Part shown: positions 27,121 to 36,347 of the stretch, one piece after another
Position numbering within the stretch: position 1 is the first letter of the stretch
Layout of the letters: each line of letters begins with the position of its first letter
Source: Casimicrobiaceae bacterium
Lineage (GTDB): Bacteria > Pseudomonadota > Gammaproteobacteria > Burkholderiales > Casimicrobiaceae
Direction: 5' to 3'
DNA length: 36,844 nt
NCBI GenBank assembly: GCA_035280325.1
Contig: DATEFZ010000075.1
Coordinates: 1-36,844 of the forward strand
Notes under the pieces: generated by a model
Told to the model about the DNA's origin: nothing
Database searches by the model: none
Seen by the model: the letters and a program-made list of their open reading frames with translations, nothing else
Program-made: the position numbers and the translations under genes

Positions 27121-28113
27121 ATGAGTTCCGCTTCACGGTTCGATCGTCGCGCATTTCTCGTCGCCGGCGGCTCGCTGCTCGCCGCGGGCGCCATACCCGC
27201 TGCGCTGGCCCAAGCCAAGCCGAAGTTCCGCTTCTCGAGCGCCTTCACCGAGCAGGATCTGCGCGCCGAGGCGTACAAGAACTTCGCGGCTGCAATGAAG
27301 GACAGCTTCGACTTCGAGCCCTACTGGAACAGCACGCTTTTCAAGCAGGGCACCGAGCTGGTTGCGCTGCAGCGGAACAACCTCGAGATGGCCAACCTCG
27401 CGCCGCAGGACATCTCGAAGCAGCTCCCGGCGTGGTCGCTGATGACGTCGGCGTACCTGTTCCGCGATTCCGATCACCTCCAGAAGACGTTCAAGAGCGA
27501 CGTCGGTCGCGAGTTCGTCAAGATGGCGCGCGACCAGCTCGGCATCCAGATCGTCACCCCGGTGTATTTCGGATCGCGCCATGTCAACCTGAAGCCCGAG
27601 CGTCAGGTCCGGACGCCGGCCGATCTGGCCGGCATCAAGCTGCGCATGCCCCCCGGCGAATTCTGGCAGTTCCTCGGCGAATCGATCGGCGTCAACCCCA
27701 CTCCGGTCGCATTTGCCGAGGTCTATACCGCGCTGCAGACCGGCGCCATCGACGGCCAGGACAATCCGCTGCTGCTGAGCAAGCTGATGAAGTTCTACGA
27801 GGTGACGACGCAGTTCGTGCTGACCGGCCACGTCGTCGGCTACGATCTGATGACGGTCTCGGCGAAAGCCTGGGACGGGCTCAATTCCGCCGACCAGGCG
27901 AAGTTCCAGGCCGCCGCGGAAAAGGCGATAGGCGACTACACGGTGAAATTCAACGGCCAGGAAAAGGACGTTGTCGAGTTCTTCAAGAGCCAGGGCAAGA
28001 AGGTCTACACGCCCGACGTCAACGCCTTCCGCACCTACGCCCAGAAGAAGTACGTCGACAAATACGGCCACGACTGGCCGAAGGGCGCGCTGGAGCGGAT
28101 CAACGCGATTTAG
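27121..28113 (+). CDS. TRAP transporter substrate-binding protein (DctP family), Tat-type signal
   Basis: AAAGGAGGAG RBS. Signal FDRRAFLVAGGSLLAAGAIPAALA. DctP-family core ...YTALQTGAIDGQDNPL... Confidence 0.9.
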   Translation: MSSASRFDRRAFLVAGGSLLAAGAIPAALAQAKPKFRFSSAFTEQDLRAEAYKNFAAAMKDSFDFEPYWNSTLFKQGTELVALQRNNLEMANLAPQDISKQLPAWSLMTSAYLFRDSDHLQKTFKSDVGREFVKMARDQLGIQIVTPVYFGSRHVNLKPERQVRTPADLAGIKLRMPPGEFWQFLGESIGVNPTPVAFAEVYTALQTGAIDGQDNPLLLSKLMKFYEVTTQFVLTGHVVGYDLMTVSAKAWDGLNSADQAKFQAAAEKAIGDYTVKFNGQEKDVVEFFKSQGKKVYTPDVNAFRTYAQKKYVDKYGHDWPKGALERINAI

Positions 28114-28129
28114 CGTTTCGTGCTCGCAT

Positions 28130-28168
28130 CGCGCGGGTGCGGTCGGGCCTCTAGCGCCGCACCGCGCG
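28130..28168 (+). other. Intercistronic stem-loop between the SBP and membrane-subunit genes
   Basis: CGCGCG(G)GTGCGG...CCGCACCGCGCG forms a 12-bp stem with one bulge. It starts 17 nt after the dctP-like stop. The 116-nt gap to the next gene is unusual for this compact region. Confidence 0.4.
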
Positions 28169-28229
28169 GCCGATCGATCGTCACGACGAACCGGCACGAT
28201 CGAGCGTCGGCGGTAGCCGTGTCGCCGCC

Positions 28230-28772
28230 GTGCCGGGTCCATTCCGATACCGGGGCCTGACTCTGGCTCGCCGCTACCTCCGCCCGCTGCGCGCGCTCGC
28301 CAACCACGTCGCAGTCGCGCTGATCGCGACCATGTTCGTGAGCTTCCTGCTGCAGATTTTCTTTCGCTACGTCCTCAACCGTCCGCTCGGCTGGACCGAG
28401 GAAGTGACGGTCCTGTGCTGGGTCTGGGTCGTGCTGTGGACCGCATCGTTCATCCTGTCCGACGCCGAGGAGGTCCGCTTCGACATCGTCTATTCCGCAG
28501 TACCGGGGCGCGTGTGTCGAGTATTCACGGTCATCACCAGCGTCGCGCTGATCGTCCTACTCGCCGTCTCGCTGCCCGCGACGTGGAAGTACGTCGCCTT
28601 CATGAAGCGCGAGCACTCGGCGTACCTGCACATGCGCTTCGACCTGCTGTACTCGATCTACGTGGTCTTCGTCATCGCGGTCATCTTCAACCACCTGCGA
28701 CTCGCGTATCGCGCCTTGCGGCCGCCGACCGCCGACACCGCTGCGGTGCCCGGCGCCCGTGACCCCGCGTGA
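28230..28772 (+). CDS. TRAP transporter small permease (DctQ family)
   Basis: Four hydrophobic helices and the DctQ-like segment FFRYVLNRPLGWTEE. Proposed GTG start, which is uncertain. The stop overlaps the DctM start (GTGA). Confidence 0.8.
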   Translation: MPGPFRYRGLTLARRYLRPLRALANHVAVALIATMFVSFLLQIFFRYVLNRPLGWTEEVTVLCWVWVVLWTASFILSDAEEVRFDIVYSAVPGRVCRVFTVITSVALIVLLAVSLPATWKYVAFMKREHSAYLHMRFDLLYSIYVVFVIAVIFNHLRLAYRALRPPTADTAAVPGARDPA

Positions 28773-30067
28773 CGCTTTCACCCTTCGCGCTTTGCATCAT
28801 CGTGCTGGTCGCCCTGGCGGTGCTCGGGCTGCCGATCGGATTGTCGATGATCGGCGCGTCGATCTTCTACCTGCTGGTCACCCACCTCGATCCTGGAACC
28901 GCCGCCGAGCAGATCCTCAACGGCCTCTACAACAGCTACGTCCTGCTGGCGGTGCCGCTATTCATCCTGGCCGCCGACCTGATGAACACCGGCAGCCTGA
29001 CCGATCGCTTGCTCAAGTTCTGTCTCGTGCTGGTCGGACGCTTCCGCGGCGGGCTGGGCCACGTCGACGTCGTCGCCAACGTGATTTTCGCCGGCATGTC
29101 GGGCTCGGCGATCGCGGATGCCGTGGGCATCGGTCGCGTGATCATCGGCATGATGACGCGCGAAGGGCGCTATCCGATAACCTACGCGGCGGCGATCACA
29201 GCGTGCGCCGCGATCATCGGGCCGATCATACCGCCGTCGATACCGATGGTCGTCTACGCGCTGGTGGCCGACACGTCGATCGGCTACCTGTTCCTCGGCG
29301 GCGTGATCCCGGGCCTGATGCTCGGCATCGCCTTCATGGTGATCAACGCGATCATCGCCCGTCGACGGCGCTATCCGGTCGAGCCGGCGGTTCCGCTGCG
29401 CGAAATCCCGAAGGTGACGGTCGAGGCATTTCCCGCCCTGCTGCTGCCGGTGATCCTGCTGTTCGGCATCTACGGCGGAGTCATGACGCCGACCGAGGGC
29501 GCCGCCGCCGCCGCCGCGTATGCATTGCTCGCCGCCGCGCTGATCTACCGCGCGCTCACCGTGCGCCAGCTCTACGGCGTATTGCTGTCGAGCGCGAAAG
29601 CGACGACCTCGGTCGGCATGCTGATCGCCGGCGCGCTGGTGTTCAATTACGTCGTGACGATCGAGAACGTGCCCGCCTCGGTCGCGCACTTCATCGGCGG
29701 TTTCCACCTCACGGCGGCCGCATACCTGCTGCTGGTGAATGCCATCCTGCTGGTGCTCGGCTGCCTGCTCGAGGGCACCACGATCCTGCTGGTCATCGTG
29801 CCGATCATGATCCCGACCGCCAGGGCGCTCGGCATCGACCTGGTCCATTTCGGCGTCGTGGTCGTGGTCAACGTCATGATCGGCTTGCTGACGCCTCCGT
29901 TCGGCCTGCTGCTCTTCATCGTCGCCAACATGACCGCGCAGCCGCTGGCCAGGATCGTGCGCGAGTGCATGCCGTTCATCGCCGCGGCGATCGTCGTGCT
30001 CGCCGTGATCACCTTCGTGCCGGAGACCGTGCTCTGGCTGCCCCGGCTGCTTGGCTACCGGGGCTGA
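28769..30067 (+). CDS. TRAP transporter large permease (DctM family)
   Basis: 432 aa, polytopic, with typical DctM segments (FAGMSGSAIADA, GIIIPPS-like IGPIIPPSIPMVVY). Confidence 0.9.
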   Translation: MTLSPFALCIIVLVALAVLGLPIGLSMIGASIFYLLVTHLDPGTAAEQILNGLYNSYVLLAVPLFILAADLMNTGSLTDRLLKFCLVLVGRFRGGLGHVDVVANVIFAGMSGSAIADAVGIGRVIIGMMTREGRYPITYAAAITACAAIIGPIIPPSIPMVVYALVADTSIGYLFLGGVIPGLMLGIAFMVINAIIARRRRYPVEPAVPLREIPKVTVEAFPALLLPVILLFGIYGGVMTPTEGAAAAAAYALLAAALIYRALTVRQLYGVLLSSAKATTSVGMLIAGALVFNYVVTIENVPASVAHFIGGFHLTAAAYLLLVNAILLVLGCLLEGTTILLVIVPIMIPTARALGIDLVHFGVVVVVNVMIGLLTPPFGLLLFIVANMTAQPLARIVRECMPFIAAAIVVLAVITFVPETVLWLPRLLGYRG

Positions 30068-30097
30068 CGGCGCGAAGGGCAGCCGCCACGCCAACCG

Positions 30098-30550
30098 ATG
30101 ACATCGACCAAAAAACCGATCTACATCCTCAACGGGCCCAACCTGAACCGGCTGGGCAGCCGCGAGCCGTCGATCTATGGCACCACGACCCTGACAGAGA
30201 TCGAGGCGCAGTGTCTAGCCGAATCGGCCGGGGTCGGGATCGTGTTCCGCCAGACCAACAGCGAGGCGCAGCTGATCGACTGGATTCACGAGGCGATCGA
30301 CGACGCGAGCGGGATCGTCATCAATCCCGCAGCCTGGTCGTTCACCTCGATCGCGATCCTCGATGCGCTGAAGATGTTTCCGGGGCCGATCGTCGAGGTC
30401 CACATCTCGAACATCTACCGCCGCGAGTCGTACTATCGCGATTCGTACGTCTCCAGGACGGCGACCGGCGTCATCGTCGGCCTCGGGGCCGACGGCTACC
30501 GCTATGCCACGCGGGCCGTTCGTGCGATGCTGCGCGGAACCCGCCGCTGA
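30098..30550 (+). CDS. aroQ: Type II 3-dehydroquinate dehydratase paralog (AroQ-like) with altered substrate-contact residues
   Basis: ILNGPNLNRLGSREPSIYG and EVHISN keep the lid Arg/Tyr and the catalytic Glu/His. The usual ...(S/T)HTS... reads SFTS, and ...REEFR... reads RESYY. It is the last gene of the TRAP operon. Confidence 0.75.
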   Translation: MTSTKKPIYILNGPNLNRLGSREPSIYGTTTLTEIEAQCLAESAGVGIVFRQTNSEAQLIDWIHEAIDDASGIVINPAAWSFTSIAILDALKMFPGPIVEVHISNIYRRESYYRDSYVSRTATGVIVGLGADGYRYATRAVRAMLRGTRR

Positions 30551-30577
30551 CTCCGCTTCGTCGCCGGCCGTGCCCGT

Positions 30578-31759
30578 CTAGGCGCCGGGGTCCTTGACCT
30601 TCTCGAACTTCTCGAACTCGACGCTCCACGGCTTGCCGCCGACCATCTCGACTTTGCGGATGTAGACGTTCTGGATCGGGTCGCGCGTCGCCGGATTGAT
30701 CTCGATCGGGCCGCGCGGGCTGGTCCACTTCATGCCCTTCATCGCCTCGACGATCTTGTCACCGTCGGCGTCGGCGCCGGCCTTGGCCACCGCGTCGTAG
30801 ATCAGGTGCATGCCGTCGTAGCCGCCGACCGAGTGGAAGTTCGGGCGGAATCCGTTCGCCTTCATGAAGGCGTCGACGTAGGCCTTGTTCTCGGGCGAAT
30901 CGTGCGCGGCCGAATAGTGGAACGACGTGACGACCCCCACGGCCACCGCGCCCATGCTTTCGAGCAGGTCATCGTCGACGACGTCGCCGGTACCGATCAT
31001 CTGGATGCCGGCCTGCTTCAATTCGCGGTCGGCGAACTGCTTCATCACCGCCGAGCCCTCGCCGGAGGGGACGAACACGAACAAGGCGTCGGGCTTCGCG
31101 TCCTTGGCGCGCTGCAGGAACGGCGCGTAGTCGGGGTTGCGCAGAGGCACGCGCATCGACTCGAGCACCTTCCCGCCGGCCTCGGTAAAGCGCTTGACGA
31201 AGGTTTTTTCGGCGTCGGCGCCCGGCGCGTAGTCGGTCACCAGCGTGACGACGCTCCTGATGTTGTTCTTCGCGGCCCATTCGGCGATCGGCCAGGTGAC
31301 CTGCGGCAGGGTGAAGCCGGTGCGCACGATGTACGGCGACTTGGTCGTGACGATCGACGTCGCCGCCGCCATGACGACCATCGGCGTCTTCGACTCGGTC
31401 GCGACCGGCGCGGTGGCCAGCGCCAGCGGCGTCAGCCCGAACCCGGCGAGCACCGTCACCTTGTCGCGGACGACCAGCTCCTGCGCGATGCGCTTGGTGG
31501 TCTCGGGTGCGAGCCCGGTGTCGTCCTTGACGATCAGCTCGACCTTCCGACCCGCGATCGTATCGCCGTGCTGCGCCATGTACAGGCGACACGCCGCCTC
31601 GACCTGCTTGCCGGTCGACGCGAACGGCCCGGTGAGCGGCAGGATCAGGCCGATCTTGACCGGATCGACTCCGAATGCGAAGGGCGAGAACCCGGCAGCC
31701 AGTGCGGCGACCGCCGCGCCCAGCAGGCGGCGACGAGTTAAGCTCGGGCGATATGACAT
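30578..31759 (-). CDS. LivK/type-I periplasmic binding protein (ABC-type SBP), Tat-type signal, no cognate permease in the window
   Basis: AGGAGG RBS. Signal MSYRPSLTRRRLLGAAVAALAAG. Core IGLILPLTGPFASTGKQ... is typical of Leu/Ile/Val-binding-protein-fold SBPs. Confidence 0.85.
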   Translation of the reverse strand: MSYRPSLTRRRLLGAAVAALAAGFSPFAFGVDPVKIGLILPLTGPFASTGKQVEAACRLYMAQHGDTIAGRKVELIVKDDTGLAPETTKRIAQELVVRDKVTVLAGFGLTPLALATAPVATESKTPMVVMAAATSIVTTKSPYIVRTGFTLPQVTWPIAEWAAKNNIRSVVTLVTDYAPGADAEKTFVKRFTEAGGKVLESMRVPLRNPDYAPFLQRAKDAKPDALFVFVPSGEGSAVMKQFADRELKQAGIQMIGTGDVVDDDLLESMGAVAVGVVTSFHYSAAHDSPENKAYVDAFMKANGFRPNFHSVGGYDGMHLIYDAVAKAGADADGDKIVEAMKGMKWTSPRGPIEINPATRDPIQNVYIRKVEMVGGKPWSVEFEKFEKVKDPGA

Positions 31760-31827
31760 CACTCCTCCTTGTGTTGCGTTGGTGCACGGCGCCACGGTGA
31801 CGAGCGGCGGGCACGTAGGATGATAGC

Positions 31828-32541
31828 TCAATCCGCACCTCTCGCCGGCTCCAGGCCGTGGCGCCGCTTTACCGCGTCGGCGCTGGTAGAAGCGAGGAAG
31901 CCAAGCAGCGCCATCGCTGCTTCGGGCTGCGTCGATGCCGTGCACACCGCCGCCGCGAAGACGGTGACCAGCTGAATCTCCGGTGGAAGCGGACCGACGA
32001 TGTCGATGCCCGGCAGGTGCATGAGCTCAGACCGCTGCTGGAATCCCAGCTCGACGTCGCCGCGAACGATCAATGTGCCGACGGGAACGCCGGGCGGCGC
32101 CTGCACGATGCGCCCGGCGATCGCGCCGGCGATGCCCCAGCGCTCGAAAAGTTTGACGACATAGTCGCCGCTCGGGCCGGTCGAATATCCGATGCTGCGC
32201 GCCTGCAGCACGGCGTCGCGAACGGCGGATTCGCTTGACACGTCGGGCCTGGACGCGCCCGCCTCAACGGCGATCGCGATACCGGAACGGGCGAAGTCGA
32301 TCCTTCTCGCCGGATCGACGCTGCCGGCCGTCATGAGCTTGCCGAGCGCTTCCGCCGCCAGCACGACAAAATCGAGCGGCTCGCCAGCCTGGGCGCGCCG
32401 CGCCGCCTCGACGCCGCCGATCGTTTCGACCGTGACCCGCTGCCTCGACCGCCGCTGATAGGTTTCGGCCAGCTCGGCGAGCGCACGGCCGGTGGCCATC
32501 GAAGATATACCGCGCAACGGATCACCTTCGCCGCTCGCCAT
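31828..32541 (-). CDS. ModA-like type-II periplasmic-binding-protein-fold protein lacking any signal peptide
   Basis: 237 aa. It begins directly with the first beta-strand region (LRGISSMATGRAL) and has no hydrophobic leader. The ATG is 9 nt after the ligK stop. Confidence 0.6.
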   Translation of the reverse strand: MASGEGDPLRGISSMATGRALAELAETYQRRSRQRVTVETIGGVEAARRAQAGEPLDFVVLAAEALGKLMTAGSVDPARRIDFARSGIAIAVEAGASRPDVSSESAVRDAVLQARSIGYSTGPSGDYVVKLFERWGIAGAIAGRIVQAPPGVPVGTLIVRGDVELGFQQRSELMHLPGIDIVGPLPPEIQLVTVFAAAVCTASTQPEAAMALLGFLASTSADAVKRRHGLEPARGAD

Positions 32542-32550
32542 CGACCGACT

Positions 32551-33234
32551 TCAGTCGATGTACTTCAATCCTGCTTTGCGCAGCGGCTCGCGCATCTCGT
32601 ACAGGTCGAGGCCGAGCATCCCGGCGCCGAGCTTGGCGCGCTTCTCGGCTTCGTTGGTTTCGCGCGAGGCCGCGGCAGCCAGCGTCTTCTGCGCAAGGGC
32701 CGCCGGCACCACCACGATCCCGTCGTCGTCGGCGACGACGATATCGCCCGGCGTCACCAGCGTCCCGGCGCAGACGACGGGAATGTTCACCGAGCCCAGC
32801 GTCGCCTTGACGGTCCCCTTGGCCGAGATCGCCCTGCTCCACACCGGAAACTTCATTTCGGTCAGCATGCGCACATCGCGCACGCCGGCATCGATCACCA
32901 GTCCGCGCGCGCCGCGGGCCTTGAAGCTCGTCGCCAGCAGCTCGCCGAAGTAGCCGTCGCTGCAGTCGGCGGTCAGCGCGGCGACGACGATATCCCCCGG
33001 CCTGATCTCCTCGGCCGCCACGTGCAGCATCCAGTTGTCGCCCGGATGCAAGAGGACCGTCAGCGCCGAGCCGGAGGCCTGCGCTCCGGGATAGATCGGC
33101 CGCATCCAGGGCTTCATCAGACCCGCGCGGCCGAGCGCCTCGTGCACGGTCGCGGTGCCGGCCGCGCCCAGTCGGGCGACCAGATCGCCGTCCGCCCGCC
33201 GGATGTTGCGATAGACGACTCCGAGCTCGTACAT
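32551..33234 (-). CDS. ligK: 4-carboxy-4-hydroxy-2-oxoadipate (CHA) aldolase / oxaloacetate decarboxylase (LigK/GalC, RraA-like fold)
   Basis: 227 aa, closely resembling remembered LigK ([57 protein letters not shown]). Confidence 0.88.
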   Translation of the reverse strand: MYELGVVYRNIRRADGDLVARLGAAGTATVHEALGRAGLMKPWMRPIYPGAQASGSALTVLLHPGDNWMLHVAAEEIRPGDIVVAALTADCSDGYFGELLATSFKARGARGLVIDAGVRDVRMLTEMKFPVWSRAISAKGTVKATLGSVNIPVVCAGTLVTPGDIVVADDDGIVVVPAALAQKTLAAAASRETNEAEKRAKLGAGMLGLDLYEMREPLRKAGLKYID

Positions 33235-33236
33235 GG

Positions 33237-34262
33237 TCAACGTCCTTTCGCCTTGAGCGCCCGGTCGAGACGCGGATAGATGCGGCGCGCGTTCGCCTCG
33301 TAGATCTGGTGCCGTTGCTCGTCGTCTATGCCCGCCGCCTCGAGATAGCGCCTGGTGTCGTCGAAATGATGACCGGTCTCCGGATCGATGCCCCGCACCG
33401 CGCCGATCATCTCGCTCGCGAACAGGATGTTGGCGCTCGGGATGACGCGCGTCAGGAGGTCGATTCCCGGCTGGTGGTAGACGCAGGTATCGAAGAAGAC
33501 GTTGTCGAGAAGATGGTCCTGCAGCAACGGCTTTCTCAGCTCCTGGGCCAGGCCGCGAAAGCGGCCCCAGTGGTACGGCACCGCCCCGCCGCCGTGCGGG
33601 ATGACGAGGCGCAGGGTCGGAAAGTCCTTGAACAAGTCGGACGTCAGGCATTGCATGAACGCTGTGGTGTCGGCGTTGAGATAGTGCGCACCCGTGGTGT
33701 GAAAGCATGGATTGCAGCTCGTGCTGACGTGGATCATCGCCGGGATCTCGTACTCGGCCATCTTCTCGTAGATCGGGTACCAGCAGCGATCCGACAGCGG
33801 CGGCGAGGTCCAATGGCCGCCCGAAGGATCGGGATTCAGGTTGATCGCCACGTCGCCGTACTGCTCGACGCACTTGACCAGCTCCGGGATGCAGGTCGCC
33901 GGATCGACGCCGGGACTCTGCGGCAGCATCGCGGCCGGGACGAAGTTGTCCGGAAAAAGCCGGCTGACACGATGACAGAGCTCGTTGCAGATCGCCGCCC
34001 AGGCGCTCGATACCTGGAAGTCGCCGACGTGGTGCGCCATGAAGCTCGCGCGCGGACTGAATATCGTGAGGTCCAGGCCGCGCTCTCGCATCAGCCTGAG
34101 CTGATTTGCTTCGATCGACTCGATCAGCTCGTCATCGCCGATGCGGAGTTCCGACGCAGCGGGCGTCTCGCCGGGGTTGCCGATGCCGGCGATCTGGCGG
34201 TTGCGCCAACCCTCGAGCGCCTTTGGCGCGGTGGTGTAATGCCCGTGGCAGTCGATGATCAT
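33237..34262 (-). CDS. ligJ: 4-oxalomesaconate (KCH) hydratase, amidohydrolase-2 family (LigJ type)
   Basis: 341 aa. [10 protein letters not shown]..., [50 protein letters not shown] and [12 protein letters not shown] closely match remembered Sphingobium LigJ. Confidence 0.88.
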   Translation of the reverse strand: MIIDCHGHYTTAPKALEGWRNRQIAGIGNPGETPAASELRIGDDELIESIEANQLRLMRERGLDLTIFSPRASFMAHHVGDFQVSSAWAAICNELCHRVSRLFPDNFVPAAMLPQSPGVDPATCIPELVKCVEQYGDVAINLNPDPSGGHWTSPPLSDRCWYPIYEKMAEYEIPAMIHVSTSCNPCFHTTGAHYLNADTTAFMQCLTSDLFKDFPTLRLVIPHGGGAVPYHWGRFRGLAQELRKPLLQDHLLDNVFFDTCVYHQPGIDLLTRVIPSANILFASEMIGAVRGIDPETGHHFDDTRRYLEAAGIDDEQRHQIYEANARRIYPRLDRALKAKGR

Positions 34263-34283
34263 CGCGGCGCCGACGACCTGCGG

Positions 34284-35603
34284 TCACGCATTGCCGCGGC
34301 CTTCGCCGGCGGCGTCCGCCGCCTTGTCCCAGGCGAGATTGCCGGCGGCCTTGCCGGCGACCGAATACAGCGCACCCGGCGCATTGCGCGTGCGCTGGAA
34401 GGCTTCTAGCGTCTCGCCGCGCATGGCTGCGTAGATGTGCAGATTCGACACGCCGGTGACCGCGCCGAGCTTCTCGAGCATGAAGAAGATCACGCCGTAG
34501 TGCATCATGCCGCGCCAGTCGCGGCGGCGGATCAGGTCGCGTTCCTCGCCGCTCAAGCCGGCTGCCGCGAAGCTCGCCTCGGGGTCGCGCAAGAAAGCCT
34601 CGCGATGGGCCGGCTCGACCATCTTGTGCAGGTAGTCATTGATGCGAAATGCCTGCACGCTGCGCTCGAGAGTGAACGGATAGGTGCCCTCGAGCCGCTC
34701 GATGCCGCGAAGCTCCGCCGCAACATGGCGCTGGTGACGCTCGACGGCTGCTGGATCGGGCGCCTGGTGCGCCTCCTCGTAGATCGCGGTGGCGATGCCG
34801 GTCATCGATGGGAGGTAGTAGCTGCGGTGCTTGCAAACGACATTCGTCGCCAGCGCGCCGCGCATCGTCAGCCACATCACGACTTCCGAGCCCTCGCAGC
34901 CGCCGAGCTCGGCGTACTCGGCGATGGTCATCGCGGTCAGCTGCTCCGGATCGCGCTCGAAGAGGTCGAGGAAGCGGCTGTCCCAGGCCGGGTTGTTGAA
35001 GCCGGCCCGCTCGCCGTGCACCTGATGCGACAGACCGCCGGTGGCGACGATCGCGACTTTCAAATCGTCGGGATAGCTCTCGATCGCGCGTCGCAGCGCC
35101 TGTCCCAGCTTGTAGAACCGGCGTGCGCCGGGGATCGGGAATTGCAGCACGCCCATCTGCAGCGGCACGATCGCCGCCGGCCATCCGGGCTCGTGCGGCC
35201 ACAGCAGCGAAAGCGGCGAGAAGCAGCCGTGGTCGAGCGCCCGGTGCTGGAAAAAGGACATGTCGAACTCGTCCGCCATCAGCGAACGGCCGATGTGCGA
35301 TGCGAGCTGTGGGTGGCCGTTTACCGGCGGCAGGTCGCGCGCACCGGCGCCCTCGTCGGCGACCTGCCACCGGGAGCCAACGCCGAGCGCGAACGCCGAG
35401 TAATGGTCGAAGAAGAACGACGTGACGTGATCGTTGTAGATCAGCAGCAGGACGTCGGGGCGCTTTTCGGCAAGCCACGCGGCGAGCGGCGCGAAGTTCT
35501 GGAAGATCGGCGCCCACACCGGATCGTCGCGCTTGTTGCGATCGTAGGCGAATCCGATGGTCGGCGTGTGCGAGGCGGCGATGCCGCCGATGATGCGTGC
35601 CAT
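34284..35603 (-). CDS. galA: Gallate dioxygenase (fused LigB-like + LigA-like extradiol dioxygenase, GalA type)
   Basis: MARIIGGIAASHTPTIGFA... is the LigB-like catalytic half. The C-terminal LigA-like module is MHYGVIFFMLEKLGAVTGVSNLHIYAAMRG. 439 aa. AGGAGG RBS. Confidence 0.82.
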   Translation of the reverse strand: MARIIGGIAASHTPTIGFAYDRNKRDDPVWAPIFQNFAPLAAWLAEKRPDVLLLIYNDHVTSFFFDHYSAFALGVGSRWQVADEGAGARDLPPVNGHPQLASHIGRSLMADEFDMSFFQHRALDHGCFSPLSLLWPHEPGWPAAIVPLQMGVLQFPIPGARRFYKLGQALRRAIESYPDDLKVAIVATGGLSHQVHGERAGFNNPAWDSRFLDLFERDPEQLTAMTIAEYAELGGCEGSEVVMWLTMRGALATNVVCKHRSYYLPSMTGIATAIYEEAHQAPDPAAVERHQRHVAAELRGIERLEGTYPFTLERSVQAFRINDYLHKMVEPAHREAFLRDPEASFAAAGLSGEERDLIRRRDWRGMMHYGVIFFMLEKLGAVTGVSNLHIYAAMRGETLEAFQRTRNAPGALYSVAGKAAGNLAWDKAADAAGEGRGNA

Positions 35604-35645
35604 GGCTCGGTTCCTCCTGGCGAGCGCCGATGAGCACCGCCGGCT

Positions 35646-36347
35646 TCAGGAACAGGATTCGACGATAAACCGGCCGATTTCAGCGGGGGTCGCAAAGACT
35701 ATCGAGGCACGATCGCCCTGCATGCCCGCGCCGACGATTGCCGGCTTGCCCGGAGGCGGCCCTAGCCGGCTCGAATCGGTCTTGAAGCGCAGATTGAACT
35801 CCCAGACCTTGCTGCTCTTGCCGTCAGCCGTGCTCACCGTGTAGGTGTCGCCGCAGTGCTTGATCGCAGTCACTTGTCCCGCCGGTGGCGCGGCCTTGAG
35901 GTCGGGCCGCCCTGACCGCATCGCCATCCCGCCAGCCGCCGGTGCTGCTGTCGCCGCCCCGTCTTCGGACACGGCCTTGAGATAGGCGATCACGTCTTCG
36001 CGCGCCTTGCTGTCGCGCAAGCCGGGGAACGTCATCGACGTCCCGGGGATGAAGGCCGCGGGATCGGTAAGCCACGTGTCGAGTGTCATCTCGTTCCATA
36101 CGACATCGCTGCGCTTCATCGCATCGGAGTAGCGGTGGAAATCATCGACAGCCCCGGCTTTCCGGTCCCAGACCTTCGCAAGGCTTGGACCAGTCATCTG
36201 CTCGCCCGGGGTTGTCGAATGGCAGGCCGCACATTGCCGAAAGACGACCGCGCCACGGACCGGGTCGCCGGCCCATGCGGACGGGAAGCAGATCAGCGGC
36301 GCGAAGATCGCCGCGAGGTAGAAGCTGCCATGAAAGCGATCATGCAT
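35646..36347 (-). CDS. Secreted class I c-type cytochrome (c2-like) fused to an uncharacterised ~85-aa C-terminal domain
   Basis: Signal peptide ...PSAWA|GD. Haem motif CAACH with distal Met in GTSMTFPG. An Ala-rich linker is followed by a domain with no motif I recognise (HCGDTYTVSTADGKSSKVWEFNLRFK...). Confidence 0.75.
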   Translation of the reverse strand: MHDRFHGSFYLAAIFAPLICFPSAWAGDPVRGAVVFRQCAACHSTTPGEQMTGPSLAKVWDRKAGAVDDFHRYSDAMKRSDVVWNEMTLDTWLTDPAAFIPGTSMTFPGLRDSKAREDVIAYLKAVSEDGAATAAPAAGGMAMRSGRPDLKAAPPAGQVTAIKHCGDTYTVSTADGKSSKVWEFNLRFKTDSSRLGPPPGKPAIVGAGMQGDRASIVFATPAEIGRFIVESCS

